Origin: Hyaloraphidium curvatum SAG 235-1
Taxonomy: Eukaryota > Fungi > Monoblepharomycota
NCBI GenBank assembly: GCA_025558095.1
Contig: JAIVFI010000034.1
Location: 372,001 to 436,000, forward strand
Direction: 5' to 3'
Length of the DNA stretch: 64,000 bases
Shown piece after piece: positions 29,489 to 41,375 of this stretch (the first letter of the stretch is position 1; every line of letters starts with the position of its first letter). The notes under the pieces are model-generated. The model had not been told where the DNA came from. It searched no databases and saw only the letters and a program-made list of their open reading frames with translations. A program made the position numbers and the translations under genes.

Positions 29489-29589
29489 GCTCAGTTGGTA
29501 GAGCGCCTGCTTAGCAATTCATGAATCGAGAACTGCGAGGTTCTGAACGGACTTGCATGAGGCCCCGGGTTCAACTCCCGGATTCTCCA
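29489..29589 (+). pseudogene. 5'-truncated tRNA-Ala (AGC) with a 37 nt intron at the canonical 37/38 position
   Basis: gctcagttggtagagcgcctgctt-AGC-a[29517-29553]tgcatgaggccccgggttcaactcccggattctcca; 5' acceptor strand missing; T-loop TTCGA changed to TTCAA. Confidence 0.8.
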
Positions 29590-30029
29590 CTCATCTTTTT
29601 CGTTCCTTTGGATGCAGTTTTGCTCCCAGCGGCGGGGCGGGGCGCCCCCGCGGCCGGCTGGCGCCGGCCTGCCTGGCCCTGCGCGATCGGCGCCCCGGCC
29701 GCGCGGCATTCGGCCCCGGCTTTCAACTCCCGGATTCTCCAGTCGTCTTTTTCGTTCCTTTGGATGCAGTTTTGCTCCAGCGGCGGGGCGGGGCGCCCCC
29801 GCGGCCGGCTGGCGCCGGCCTGCCTGGCCCTGCGCGATCGGCGCCCCGGCCGCGCGGCATTCGGCCCCGGCTTTCAACTCCCGGATTCTCCAGTCGTCTT
29901 TTTCGTTCCTTTGGATGCAGTTTTGCTCCCAGCGGCGGGGCGGGGCGCCCCCGCGGCCGGCTGGCGCCGGCCTGCCTGGCCCTGCGCGATCGGCGCCCCG
30001 GCCGCGCGGCATTCGGCCCGGCTTTCAAC
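29561..30029 (+). repeat. Tandem repeat, 3 x 151-152 bp, each unit starting with the tRNA-Ala T-arm/acceptor 3' half
   Basis: tcaac anchor at 29571, 29723, 29874 and 30025; units nearly identical. Confidence 0.95.
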
Positions 30030-30488
30030 AGAATACGTCGATTGTAGACAGCAAAAGCTGATCTAGTTCGATAAGATCATTCACACTGTTGGCCGAACAA
30101 ATGATGAGGGCGGAGGATCAAGCGGAGGGGCGCCGCTTTCTGGCCCCCCCCGTGTCCGGGGATTCAAACACAGCATTGTCGTGCTTTTTGTATCTGGATC
30201 GATGCTTTACAACGGCCTCTTGTATTTGGATCGCTGCTTTACAGCGGCGACGGAAAGACCCTTGGGATCGGTGTGATCGCCGTCCATGCAACTTTGGCCG
30301 TCCGAAGCAGCGCAAACGGAACGAGATGTATCCAGCGCTCGCGAGCTCGTCTTAGATGAAACCAGCTTCTCAACTAGCTCCGGTCGCGGCAAGGTGATGT
30401 GACCGTCTTGGACGTGTCGCGCGTGATGAACTCCTCGGCAGTCGCCGGCCCACCCATCACCTCCCAAACCCCGCATCGAGGCCGCACG

Positions 30489-30993
30489 ATGCGCTGGGTC
30501 AGCAACCTGCCGCCCGAGGGCAAGACGCCGTTCCCGGTCGTCGCGGAGGAGCCGGACCCGATCGTCGTGGTGCGCTACTTCCGGCCGTCGGACTACGCCG
30601 CGTGGGGCGCGTTCACTGTCGGGTTCCCCGCCGCCTTTGTCGTCTGGGGTGAGTGCCGGCGCGCCGCACGCCCCGCACGCTGCGGGCTTGCGGCGGCGGC
30701 CCGGATTGCCGCCGCGATGGGCTCGCTGACCGCCAGCAGAGCGCCTGCGGCCGTCTGGCCACCCGCGATACGTCGGGCGCGGCGCGCTGGTGCAGATGCC
30801 CGTGTTCTTCGGGCTCGGGTTCTTCTTTTCGTTCACCAACAGCATCGGTGAGGCGGCCGTGGCGGGCGCGGGGCCGGGCTGACGCACCGCAGCGCGGTTC
30901 TGGGGCTGGTCGGAGAACAAGCGGGAGCGCGAGCGGTACCGCGAGGAGAGCGACAAGGGCGCGCTGGTGCCGGCGTGGTGGACGTGGAGGTAG
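30489..30993 (+). CDS. Complex I accessory subunit, fungal 21 kDa (NUXM) family
   Basis: PFPVVAEEPDPIVVVRYFRPSDY...RFWGWSENKRE; two GT-AG introns. Confidence 0.85.
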
Positions 30994-31111
30994 CGGGATT
31001 GCGGCGGGATGCCTGGACGTGGATGCCTTGCCAGTGACGAGACTTTCCCCACCTGACTGGACCGCCTGCACGCCGTCCACAGTCGAAGTCCCGCCCGCCG
31101 GCGCGCCCGCA

Positions 31112-34100
31112 ATGGCTGCGCCCGGCGAGGTCGGCGGCGCCGCGCGCGTGCTCGGCTTCTACGGGCTCGGGCTCGACGACGCGGAGCCGGAGCGGTGGCC
31201 CGAGGACGACGCGGGCCTGCCGCCCGAGCTGGCGCGCGGCGCGGACGCCCCAAAGGCGGAGCCCGCAGACGCAGACGCCGCGCCCGACGACGGCTACATG
31301 GACGGCGACGCGCTGGGGATCGTCCGGAATCTGGCACGGTGGGCTCCGTCGCCGACGCGCTGCCCGCGTGCCTCACGCGCGTCGTCCCGCGGGCAGGGTC
31401 CCTCTCGCCAGTCGGTACTTTCGGGCCCCTCCGCAGACTCGTTCTGACGCGTCACGGGCCCAGGCGACGCGCTCAAGCTGTCCTCAAAGTCGTTCGACCC
31501 GTCCTTCTTCCTGCGGACCGTCCACGCAAACACGTCGGTCGAGGACCTGGAACGCGGGCTCAAGTTCCTGGAGTCAACCATCGGGGAGCGGAGGGACCTG
31601 CTGCGTGCCATGGTCAAGAAGGACTTTGACCGCTTCGTGAACGCAAAGAGCAGCATCGACGGTTGGTGGATCGCCCGAGAGGGAGGGCAAGACGCCAGGC
31701 CGGCGCGGAGCTGACGGCGACACCGTCTCTCAAGACATCTGCAGGCAGATGAGGCTCGGCGGGGACGCAAACTGGGAAATGGGCCTCCTGGAGCTGAACA
31801 AGCACCTGTACAGTGCGTCGCCGACCGCTTCCGCGGGTTGGTCCCAGACCTTCGGAGCTCATCGGTGGTGTGCTGCAGGCGTGACGAGCAAGGCCGAGGA
31901 GGTGTTCCACCCGGTGATCGAAAGGAGGACGCGGGCAGAGAAGCTGCGGCTCACGGTCTCGCTACTGGAGCGGTGGAAGTTCTTTTTCAACCTGCCCGGC
32001 ACGCTGCAGCAAGCAGTCCGCAAGGTGCGGTTCAGCAAACCGCGTCTAGCAGCGGGGAGGTCGCTAAGGAGGGCCCGCCGTGTTCCAGGGCAAGATCGAC
32101 GTTGCCGTCCGCGACTACCAGAAGGGCCTTCACCTTATGAAGAGCATGGGACTGAAGGATTCCGGAAGGGACGCGGCGAAGGCCGTCTCGACCTTGACGG
32201 AAGACCAGCGCCGGGGTAAGGCGAAACGGATGCGGCGCCGCGCGAAGTGCCGATTTGACGTGGCCACAGTCTTCGGCAGCGTGTGGGCCGAAGTGGACGA
32301 CATCGTGACGCACCTTCGCGACGTCCTCATGGACAGGCTCATGGATTACTCTGCGCCGCTGGAGGAGCACGAGAAGACGATTTCGTGGGTGGCTTTCGTT
32401 CCGCCCCCGATCACTTTTCCGAACCATCCTCAGGTACCTCGTGAACCTCAACCCGGCCGAGGATCCCGTGGGAGTGTTCCTGGATTCGCGGTTCAAGTGG
32501 ATTTCGGGCCGTCTCCTCGAGGCTTACAACGATTACCTCACGAAAGTCACGGCCGACCTGAAGCCTTCGAGGACCTACACGGGCAGCACTCAGGCGCCCG
32601 ATGTGCTCCAGTATCTCGCCTTCGTGGATGCCGCCAGCGGCGGGAGATCAGTGGACCTCAATCATTTCGTCGGTGCGTTCGTCGGGCCGCGTGGGCCGGA
32701 AGCCCGGTCACTCACCACCATCACTGGCCTGCAGATGATTCGTTGGACAGCGCACTATGGAACAGCACCGTTTCTTTGGTCAACGCCCTGTCGAGCCTCG
32801 TGTCCACGTGGTTGCCGGACTTTTGGAGGCTAGCTCGCGATTTCGTCGACGGGAAGTTCACAAAGGTGCGGAGGCCGCCCACTCTGGTGGTTGTTGTCAC
32901 CAACGCACTGTGCTCCAGATGACGGGCCATCCGACGGGAGCATCCACTCGCCGCAAGAAACCGGCTGCCGACGTCTTGAGGCTGCAGCGCTGCGAGGAGA
33001 TGGAGCGCCAGATCGCGGTCCTCTACGTTACCATTCTCTCCCGCGCCTTCTTCCTCCACCTGCGCACATCGGACATCCGCGCCTCCCGCAGAGGAGGGGC
33101 GGATGCGGGCCCGCAAGAGCTCGTGTCGGCATCGTCTACCGCCGCCCTCGATGCCCCGGATCAGACGCTTCCGTACCCGCCCGAACGGGCATCCCACTTG
33201 CTCAATGCGCACCCGGTTTTCTTTGCGCACGTGTTTTCGGGCATCGTGACCGAATGGGACAGCTCGTTGGACCGCTTGCAGGGTGCGGTTGGGAACCTGG
33301 TCTCGTCCTTCCTAAACCTTGTGGTGCCTCGCACCCAAGAAATCGTCCTCCGCACCACGGAGCTGATGTCTGACAACTTCCTTCAAGGTACGTTCAGTTG
33401 TCTGGTCGCAGGGCCTTCCAAACTGATGCGCAGCGGTGCGGGCCCTTTGGCAGAGGTCAGGACGCTCCACACGTACGAGGACTGGATCGTGGCATCTTCC
33501 AATCCGACTGCCTCGTCAACCGCGGGCACCGGTGCACCGTCGGCCGCGAGCGCGCGTAAGCCGCCTCCGATCGCTCGGACGGCACTCCTGGACCTTTTCG
33601 AGCGGCTGTGCCGCTATTTCTTTGGCGCCATGAGGACGCTAGGGTCCACGGCCGTGATGCGGAGACCGCTTGCGGCGGCGGCAGCGACCAACAGCGCGGA
33701 GCGGAGGCAGAGCATGTCAAGCGTTGCGGACTCGCCCGATCGGCATGTGCACGAACGGATCAGGACGTGTTTCATCGATTCCCTTTTCCTTTTCCTCGAT
33801 GGTCTGGGCCGACTTTCTACGCAGCGCGAGGGGGCGAGGCTTGGCGTGGCATGGCAGGCTGCCCGGCAGATGCCAAAGGGCCCCGTCCAGGGCATCGAGG
33901 TTTGGTCTAGCTCTTACGTCGGAGTTCAGCAGAAGCATGCCGTCGATGCGAGCCGACTTGTGGGTCCGATGCTGCCGTCTATGGTGCAGCCTCTAGAGCA
34001 CCACCTGCCTCCTAGGACCTCCGGGCGCTGGTGATCATCAGCAGCCTGAATTACCTGCTTCATCGCGTTGTTCCGGATCTCCTGCGGCATTTGGAAAACG

Positions 34101-34842
34101 TCATTCCAAACAAGCTTGACGACGACGTGAAGGTGCGTCGTCCGTCGGCCTTCTTCTTGCCTTTACTGACACCGTCGCGTAGCCGTTCTACCGGGCGGCG
34201 GAGATGCTGGACTCGATTCTGTTCGAGAACTACATCAAGCGCAAGACGACCAAGCTGTCCGACATTGTCCGCGTCGGAATCCTCTTCAGTGGCTTGGACT
34301 GGTACTTGCTTTCCAGGCCGCAAGGTTTGTCCCGCCTCGGTCGCGATTCCCGGGGCCGTAAGTTTAACACGTTTTGTCATGCAGAGATCGCGGCCCACGT
34401 CTTCGACACGATCGTTTCCCTCGTTCTCATCCACGCGGAAGTGACCTCCATCAACCACTACCTCGTCGATCGGATCGTTGGGGAGCTCCTGGTCGACATT
34501 GCGCAGACGATGCTGGATTCTTTCCGCCAGATCGATCGCTTTAGTCTGGCCGGGATGATTCAGGCCACGCTCGAGACGCACTACATCCAGCGCAGCATGG
34601 CAAACTACCAAACGGACAAGTCTAGGCGCCTTTTGCAGCTCGTCTACTCCTCTGTTGCCCGCGGGACTCGATATGAGGACGGTCTCGCCGCGGGCAACGT
34701 CGAGGGGTCGGTCGGTCTCGATGCTTTGGCGCGGCTGCCTCGGGAGCCGGAGCTCCAGGAGATGCTCGTCTCCGTCGAAGAGTACATGGCAGAGATAAGG
34801 GATACTACCGCAAACATGACCAGGAGCTTGTCGACACGGTAG
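31112..34842 (+). CDS. SEC5: Exocyst component Sec5/EXOC2, multi-exon
   Basis: SKSFDPSFFLRTVH...MVKKDFDRFVNAKSSID, ERWKFFFNLPG.L, WLPDFWRLA..FVDGKF, LFENYIKRK, FSLAGMIQATLE. Confidence 0.92.
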
Positions 34843-34910
34843 GGGCTTTGAGCGGACACGCAGCACGCTTGAGGACATGGTCTCGTGAGATGAATTGTGT
34901 AGATTCTATT

Positions 34911-36278
34911 CTAGTTCCGCCGCTTGAGCAAGAATTCCTCGTAAACTGCCATGACTGTGTACTTCCTGTTCTCCGCCTCTTGCCAGACGATGGACCGCTT
35001 CGGGTTGTAGAAGACCTGGTTTCGCAGAGCGTCTTGAGTGCCGCTCTCCTACTTCGCACGCGAGCTTACCTCGTCATCCACTTCTTCCATCTTTCGGGGC
35101 AGGCAGTGCATGAACTTCCAGTCGGGTTTTGCACCGCCCTTTCGGGCTAGTTCCTCAGTCACCTGCAAACGCGTCAGAGTGAGCAGGATGTCCGACGGCT
35201 ATGACGTGCAGCAAGAGCCACCTTGTAGCCGTCAAACGCCTTTAGGCGCTCCTTCTTCTCATCCTCCTGTCCCATAGAAACCCACGTGTCCGTGACAATC
35301 ACGTCCGCGTCGCGGACGGCCTCCACCGGATCGCTCGTGAACGACACCGAGCCGGCGAAGGGCGAAGCGTCCGAGCCACCGGCCGCGTTCCTCGTGGCAA
35401 AATCCAGCACGTCCTGGTCGAACTTGTACTTCGGAGGGGTGGCGAGGGAGAGATCGATTCCGACACGGGGGAACGTGACGAGCATGGATTCTTCCGGCCA
35501 TCGTCAGCTTTCAAACCAATCATGTCCGTCTCCGGTAGGGCACTCACGGCTGATGTTGTTGGCATCCCCGACCCATGCCACCTTGTAGCGCTTGAAAGGC
35601 GGGAGAGGCAGCGACTTGTCGCCGGACCCGGCTGCGGGCGGAGAGACTTCGTACATGGTGACAAGGTCCGCGAGGATCTGCGATCGCAGTATGTCCGTGA
35701 GAAAGGGGCAGCGGGCGGCGGGGCGTCCTCCGTGCCTGGAGAGGGTGGAACTTTGCCGTGAGGGCATTGATGACGGGCACGCTCGAGTACTTGGCGAGCT
35801 GCTCGATCTCCTCATGCCCGCCCAGCCGAGCAAGGATGCCATCCACCATGGACGAAATCACGATCGAGGTGTCCTGCATTGGCTCCCCGGCCCCGATCTG
35901 GATATCCTGGGGATTCAGGAACATCGTGTGGCCGCCGTACCATGCCCAGCCGGACTCGGAAGACACCCGAGTCCGAGTCGATCGCTTGGAAAAGATCATG
36001 GCGAGCGTCCGCCCCTGGGCCGAAAGCCCCTCGGGCCGCTTGCCCGACTTGACAGCCTGCTTTATATCCATCGCCTTCTTGACGAGTCCGAGCACGACCT
36101 CGGTCGGAAAGTCCCGCAGAGTGAGGAAATGACGCGGGGACGCGCCCGGCTTGCTCGACGCGCGCCTCGCGTGCCCCGGGGGGTTCGCGGTGGCGCTGTT
36201 CGGAGCCAGAGCGTGTCCCAATGCACGCGGCGGTGCATCGGCCAGGCCTGGAGAAAAGCACCGGGCGGTCCGCAACAT
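34911..36278 (-). CDS. ARG3: Ornithine carbamoyltransferase with a probable mitochondrial presequence
   Basis: [52 protein letters not shown]. Confidence 0.96.
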
Positions 36279-36819
36279 TGCTCCCGCAGCGGTTCCGGGC
36301 CGCATCGCGAAGCACGAAGCAGAGGAAGGGGGCGTCCTTATCTGTCAACTACACGCGTCTGTGTACAACCCCTTGTGTCAAGCGCCACATCGCCATCCCA
36401 GGCGTTGACGGGCCAGAATCAGGGGTCCATCACGGCTCGACCGCCGCGGTCCTAGAGGAGCTCACTGTCGCGTGCGTCGGTCCGCGTCGGCCTGTGGTGG
36501 CGCCTGCTCATGCCTGAACCCCCCCCCCCGAACGACCTCAACCTCCGGCACGTACCAAACCCTGCTGGCTCTGTGAACCGCACATCGCGCTTCTTTGTCA
36601 TCGTGCGGTGAAACTGGTGCCTGGCGCTGGACGCCCATCGGGACGGCCGGGCTGCTGGGACCCCGCGACCTGACGAACCGGGCGCTCCGCACTCTACCCT
36701 CCGACGACCACCTTCCCCTTGGGTCTTGCTGCTTTTGCCTGGAAACGCCTCTCGCTTTGGCGCACGCACGTCTTGTCTCTCCGTCAACTCAGTGGTGCTG
36801 AGCTCCGCCCGGATCGAAG

Positions 36820-38407
36820 ATGGACGCGGCGGTGTACTTCAACATCGACAACGTACGGGGATCGCGCACTCTCAGGAGCAGGATTGGCTCATGTTCCGCG
36901 TGGCTGGGCAGGGTTTCCTCGAGGGGGTCGCCCGCGGGTTCCGGAGCGGGATTCTGTCGTCGAGCGCATACCTGAACTTGACGCAGGCGAGTAGCACGTT
37001 GCGTGGCGTGCCTCGGTGCCCAACTAACACTTGAGCCGCGATAATTGCAGTGCGAGACCTTGGATGGTCAGTGCGAGGCATCGCTTCCTTGCCCTGCATG
37101 TCGATTGACGAACTGGCTTCAGACCTCAAGCTGCAGTTGTCTTCGACGGACTATGGCAACTTCCTGCAGAACGAGCCGTCGCCCCTGACGACGTCCGTGA
37201 TCGCGGACAAGTGCTTGGAACACCTCGTCAACGAGTTCGAGTACATTCGTGCTTACTCGGTTCAGCCCCTGACCAAGTTCTGCGACTACATCACGTGGGC
37301 GCAATGGACAGTTGAACCGTGATGCGGCCTTGACGTTTCTGCGCAGCTACGGCTACATGATCGACAACGTCGTGCTGCTCATCACCGGAACCCTCCACGA
37401 GCGGGATACGCACGAGCTCCTGGAGCGGTGCCACCCCCTGGGCTGGTTCGACACCATGCCTGCGCTGTGCGTCGCGACGAACGTGGCTGAGCTCTACAAC
37501 ACCGTTCTCATCGAGACCCCGCTCGGTAACGATCTTTGCTCGTTCGCTTCTGGGTGATCCCGTTGAGCCGTCGCTGTTTGCAGCGCCGTACTTCGAAAAG
37601 TGCCTCTCCGCACAGGATCTCGACGAAATGAACATCGAAATCATCCGTAACACCCTCTATAAGGCGTATCTGGAGGATTTCTACGCCTACTGCCAGTCGC
37701 TCGGGTCCATCACCGCGACTGTCATGGGCCGGATCCTGCAGTTCGAGGCTGACCGGCGGGCCATCAACATCACCATCAACTCGCTGAACACGGAGCTCAG
37801 CAAGGATGACCGGGCGAAGCTCCTTCCCACCACGGGGATCATGTACCCGGAAGGGATCGAGAAGCTGGCAAAGGCCGACGACATTGACCAGGTGAAGCAG
37901 GTTCTGGACGGTTACCAGGTAAGGCTCTGCCTGTCACACCGTCGCCGCAACGTAACGGTGGTACCGCTCACAGGAGTACCGCAGCTTCATGGACCAGAAC
38001 CTTGGGGGAGCAGAACGTTCGCTCGAGGACAAATTCTTTGAGTACGAAGTCTTCCTGAACAAGGATGCGTTCATGCAGCAGTTCCACGTGGGTTGCTCTT
38101 CACGGGGCGCTTATGTTCGCCGGATTGAGTTGCCGTTTCCAGTACGGGATCTTCTACAGCTACCTGAAGCTGAAGGAGCAGGAGATCCGGAACATCGTTT
38201 GGATTGCCGGTATGTGCTCGCGTTCGAAGCGGAGGCCGAACACGGTTGCTGACCGGCTTTATCGTTCGCAGAGTGCATTCAGCAGGTTGGTATCCTTCAC
38301 CCGTTCAGAGCATCGCGGTCTTGCTCTCCTCGGATCGCTAACCTTCCGCTGCTCTCGTCTTCCAGGCTCAAAAGGACAAGATCAACAATTTCATATCGAT
38401 ATTCTGA
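36820..38407 (+). CDS. VMA6: V-ATPase V0 subunit d
   Basis: YFNIDNGFLEG...YLNLTQ|CETLD|[55 protein letters not shown]; includes a GC-AG intron at 36987-37050. Confidence 0.96.
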
Positions 38408-38533
38408 GTTTCAGCTGCTGCTGTGTTGCCTGGCGTTGATAGAAGAGGAGCCTCTCTGTCTCTTGTCCTGATCACCCAGCCACGTGCGTCCCACGCAGTT
38501 TCGAATCTTTCGGTGAGGCAACGCGACAGAACG

Positions 38534-41334
38534 ATGATATCGACTCGGGACAACGACCACATCAATGTATGCGCTTCGGCACGACGGAGAGTGGCGATAA
38601 CGCGTGTAACGCGTCCTGGGCAACACGTGCCAGGTGGAGGTTGCTCGGACCGACCAACACGTCACCATGGCCTGGAAGGTATTACGACCGCGAGCGCTGC
38701 CCTTCTCGAGGTCGCTGACGCGATTTGCCTCGATTGTCGCAGAATGGCCTGGGCACAACGTCGGAAATTGCGATCCGACCGCGCGGAGCCAAGTTCACGG
38801 ACGTTTTCGACTGGCGACTGAGCCTGTCGGAGCTTGAGGCATCGTGCTCCTTCAGCGTGTTTCCCGGCTACAGTGAGCTCCGTCACACGTATGCCGTTCT
38901 TGGGGGGCCCGTGACGAGCGTTCACACTAGATGCCACGATCCTGCTGGCGAGTCCCGCGCGCACCAACGTTCCGCTGCGCTCATTTCCGCCCTGTCTCCA
39001 CAGCTCCCGGGACCCATAGTGGATGAGTACAATCTGAGGTCGAATCGGACTTCCCTTGCTTCGATCCAGCACAACAACGAGGAGAGCACACGACCGTTGA
39101 AGCCCCTGGTTCCCTACAATTACGATGCCGCTTTTCCAACGTCGTGCAACGTGGAGACAGCTCCACTGTATCACCTGACTTTGCTGACGAACGCGTCCAA
39201 GTTTGACGCGAAAGTTGCCGTCGAAACCATCAGCGCGAAAGGAAAACACGGGCACACCCACGATGGGCGGGCCAAGAACCCGGCCGAGCATGACTGGAGC
39301 GAGGACGACGAGGCGGATGGAGCGGCCAACGGCACGACTCGTCGCGTCTTGCTTGCCGAGACAACCTTCGTCTACTTGGTCAGGGGCGTCCTGAAGGTCG
39401 AAGTTGAAGACGCCCCGCCCCGGCGACTCAGCCAGGGAGAGACCTTGATCGTGGAACGCAAGGACACGGAAGCTCCCCTGAATCTCCGGTTCTCCCCCGT
39501 GGGATCCGGAAACGACGGAAATGTCCCCGGCGACGTAAATGGGAACCATGACGGTGGGCTCCACCTACTTGGAGGAACTTTTGATGTCTGATTCCCTTTC
39601 AAGATGCAACGCTGGTCTTGATTGAGATTGCGCGTCAAATGGACCCCTCGGTAAGCTTCATGCAAGATGCAGGTCGCTCGTCGTAGCTGATGGCATGCGG
39701 ACCAGCTGTACAAGTCCCCAAGTGTTGCTCGAGCTCCCCGACGCAAGGGGTCGATCATCGTTTTCGAGTAGCTTTTGGCGCCCGCTTGCCGAGCTCATTT
39801 TGTCTGACGCGGCGGCTCTATTTGCTCCCAGTGACCAACCTCTGCAGTACCTTCCGGCAGCTTTCGAAAGCCGAGGTTCAATTTCTGGCGATAGCCCTGC
39901 GGACGCAAACACTCTCCCCGTCAAGGTTGAAGGGCTCCGCAGGGAAGTTTTGATCTTCTGCTCACCGCGCGCTCCTCGCAGCAATGGGATTCCGTCCAGC
40001 TCTACCGACCTCCGAACCTCTCAAGTCGCTACGCGAACGAGTCGCATGTGCCTCCCCCCGTGATCAAGGACAGCTTGAAGCTCGATGACTTCCCGCGCGG
40101 GCAGATCAGCACGGCGTGGATCAACATCATGAAACAGGGGTTGGGGGAGTGGATTCGGGTTCCTGTGATCATCGCGCGTGGATCGGAGGATGGGTGGGTT
40201 GTTCTTCTTCGCTGCAGCTTCGCAACTCTGATTCTGACTTCGTTGCTTCTGTCTTCAGACCCGTGGTGAGCACGCACTAGCTTGCACCTCGAGGGTCGTG
40301 CGCCAACGGTTTCGGGACACAGGTCGGCATCACAGCAGTCGTTCACGGAAACGAGCTCAACGGGGTGCCGTGCATCCACCGAGTGGTCACCGACATAGAC
40401 GTGCACGTGCTCCGCGGGACTCTGGTTGCGGTCCCCTGCGTCAACACCCCCGGGTACCTCAAGTACACGAGGGAGTTTTCCGACGGCAAGGATCTGAATC
40501 GCCAGTTCCCCGGCGTCGCGGACGGTTGGTGTCGCGGACCAATCCCGCTGATTCCCGTTCACCGGCCTTCCAGGGACGGCGTCGCAGGTCTTTGTCTACA
40601 ACCTGATGAGCAGGATCGTGGATACGTTCGATTACCTCATCGACCTGCACACTGCGAGCTTTGGGCGGGTCAACTCGTACTATGTCCGGGCGGACATGAA
40701 CGATCCTGTGACGGCGCAGCTGGCTCGTTTGCAACAGCCACAGATCATTCTGCACAACAGCGGCCAGGACGGTGAGTCAATCTGCGCCTGATGTCGCTGC
40801 GCGGATCGCCAACCGACTTGGATCGCAGGCACCATGCGATCGGCGTGCATGGCGAAGGGCATACGGGCAATCACCGTGGAGATCGGCAACCCCTCCATTT
40901 TCCAGAACCAGTTCGTGGCATGGTCGTACAGCGGCGTCATGCGCATCCTCAACTACCTGGACATGTTTCCATTGGACGAGGTCGGGCCCCTGCCTCCCTC
41001 GCCGGCGACGACTCTGTGCTCGCGCGGCTTCTGGATCTACACCAAAACCGGGGGCGTGCTTGAGGTCTACCCGTCCGTGAATACGCTCATCCGCAAGGGG
41101 GATCTCATTGCCCGCATCAAGAACATCTTCGGCAACATCGTCGACGAGATCTACTCGCCGTCGACCGGCATCGTGAGTGCAGTGCGACCGCCGTTGCCGC
41201 CAGCGCTGATGATCCAGAAGACCGTGGGTCGCAGCTCCAATCCGGTCGCGATGGCCGGCGATCGCGTGCTCCACCTCGGCATCCTCAAAAAGGAGGGCGA
41301 GGTCTTGCCGGCTGCGGCCAAGGAGAACTACTGA
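38534..41334 (+). CDS. Fusion of a HutD/Ves-like cupin and a succinylglutamate desuccinylase/aspartoacylase (M14-like) domain
   Basis: MAWK|NGLGTTSEIAI...FDWRLS...FSVFPG (HutD-like); VHGNELNG, DLNRQFPG, IDLHTAS and ITVEIGNP (AstE/AspA zinc motifs); GT-AG introns give one continuous frame, including a 7 nt microexon at 40259-40265. Confidence 0.8.
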
Positions 41335-41375
41335 AAGCATGTTCGTGGCACGGCCGTGCGGCCGGCCAAAGCATG

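Noticed and set aside
29561-30029. CRISPR array or phage att-site duplication
   Set aside because: Units repeat in full with no unique spacers; no cas gene or integrase; eukaryotic context
34911-41334. Arginine/histidine metabolic cluster (ARG3 plus HutD-AstE)
   Set aside because: Separated by VMA6 and surrounded by unrelated housekeeping genes; proximity alone is not evidence
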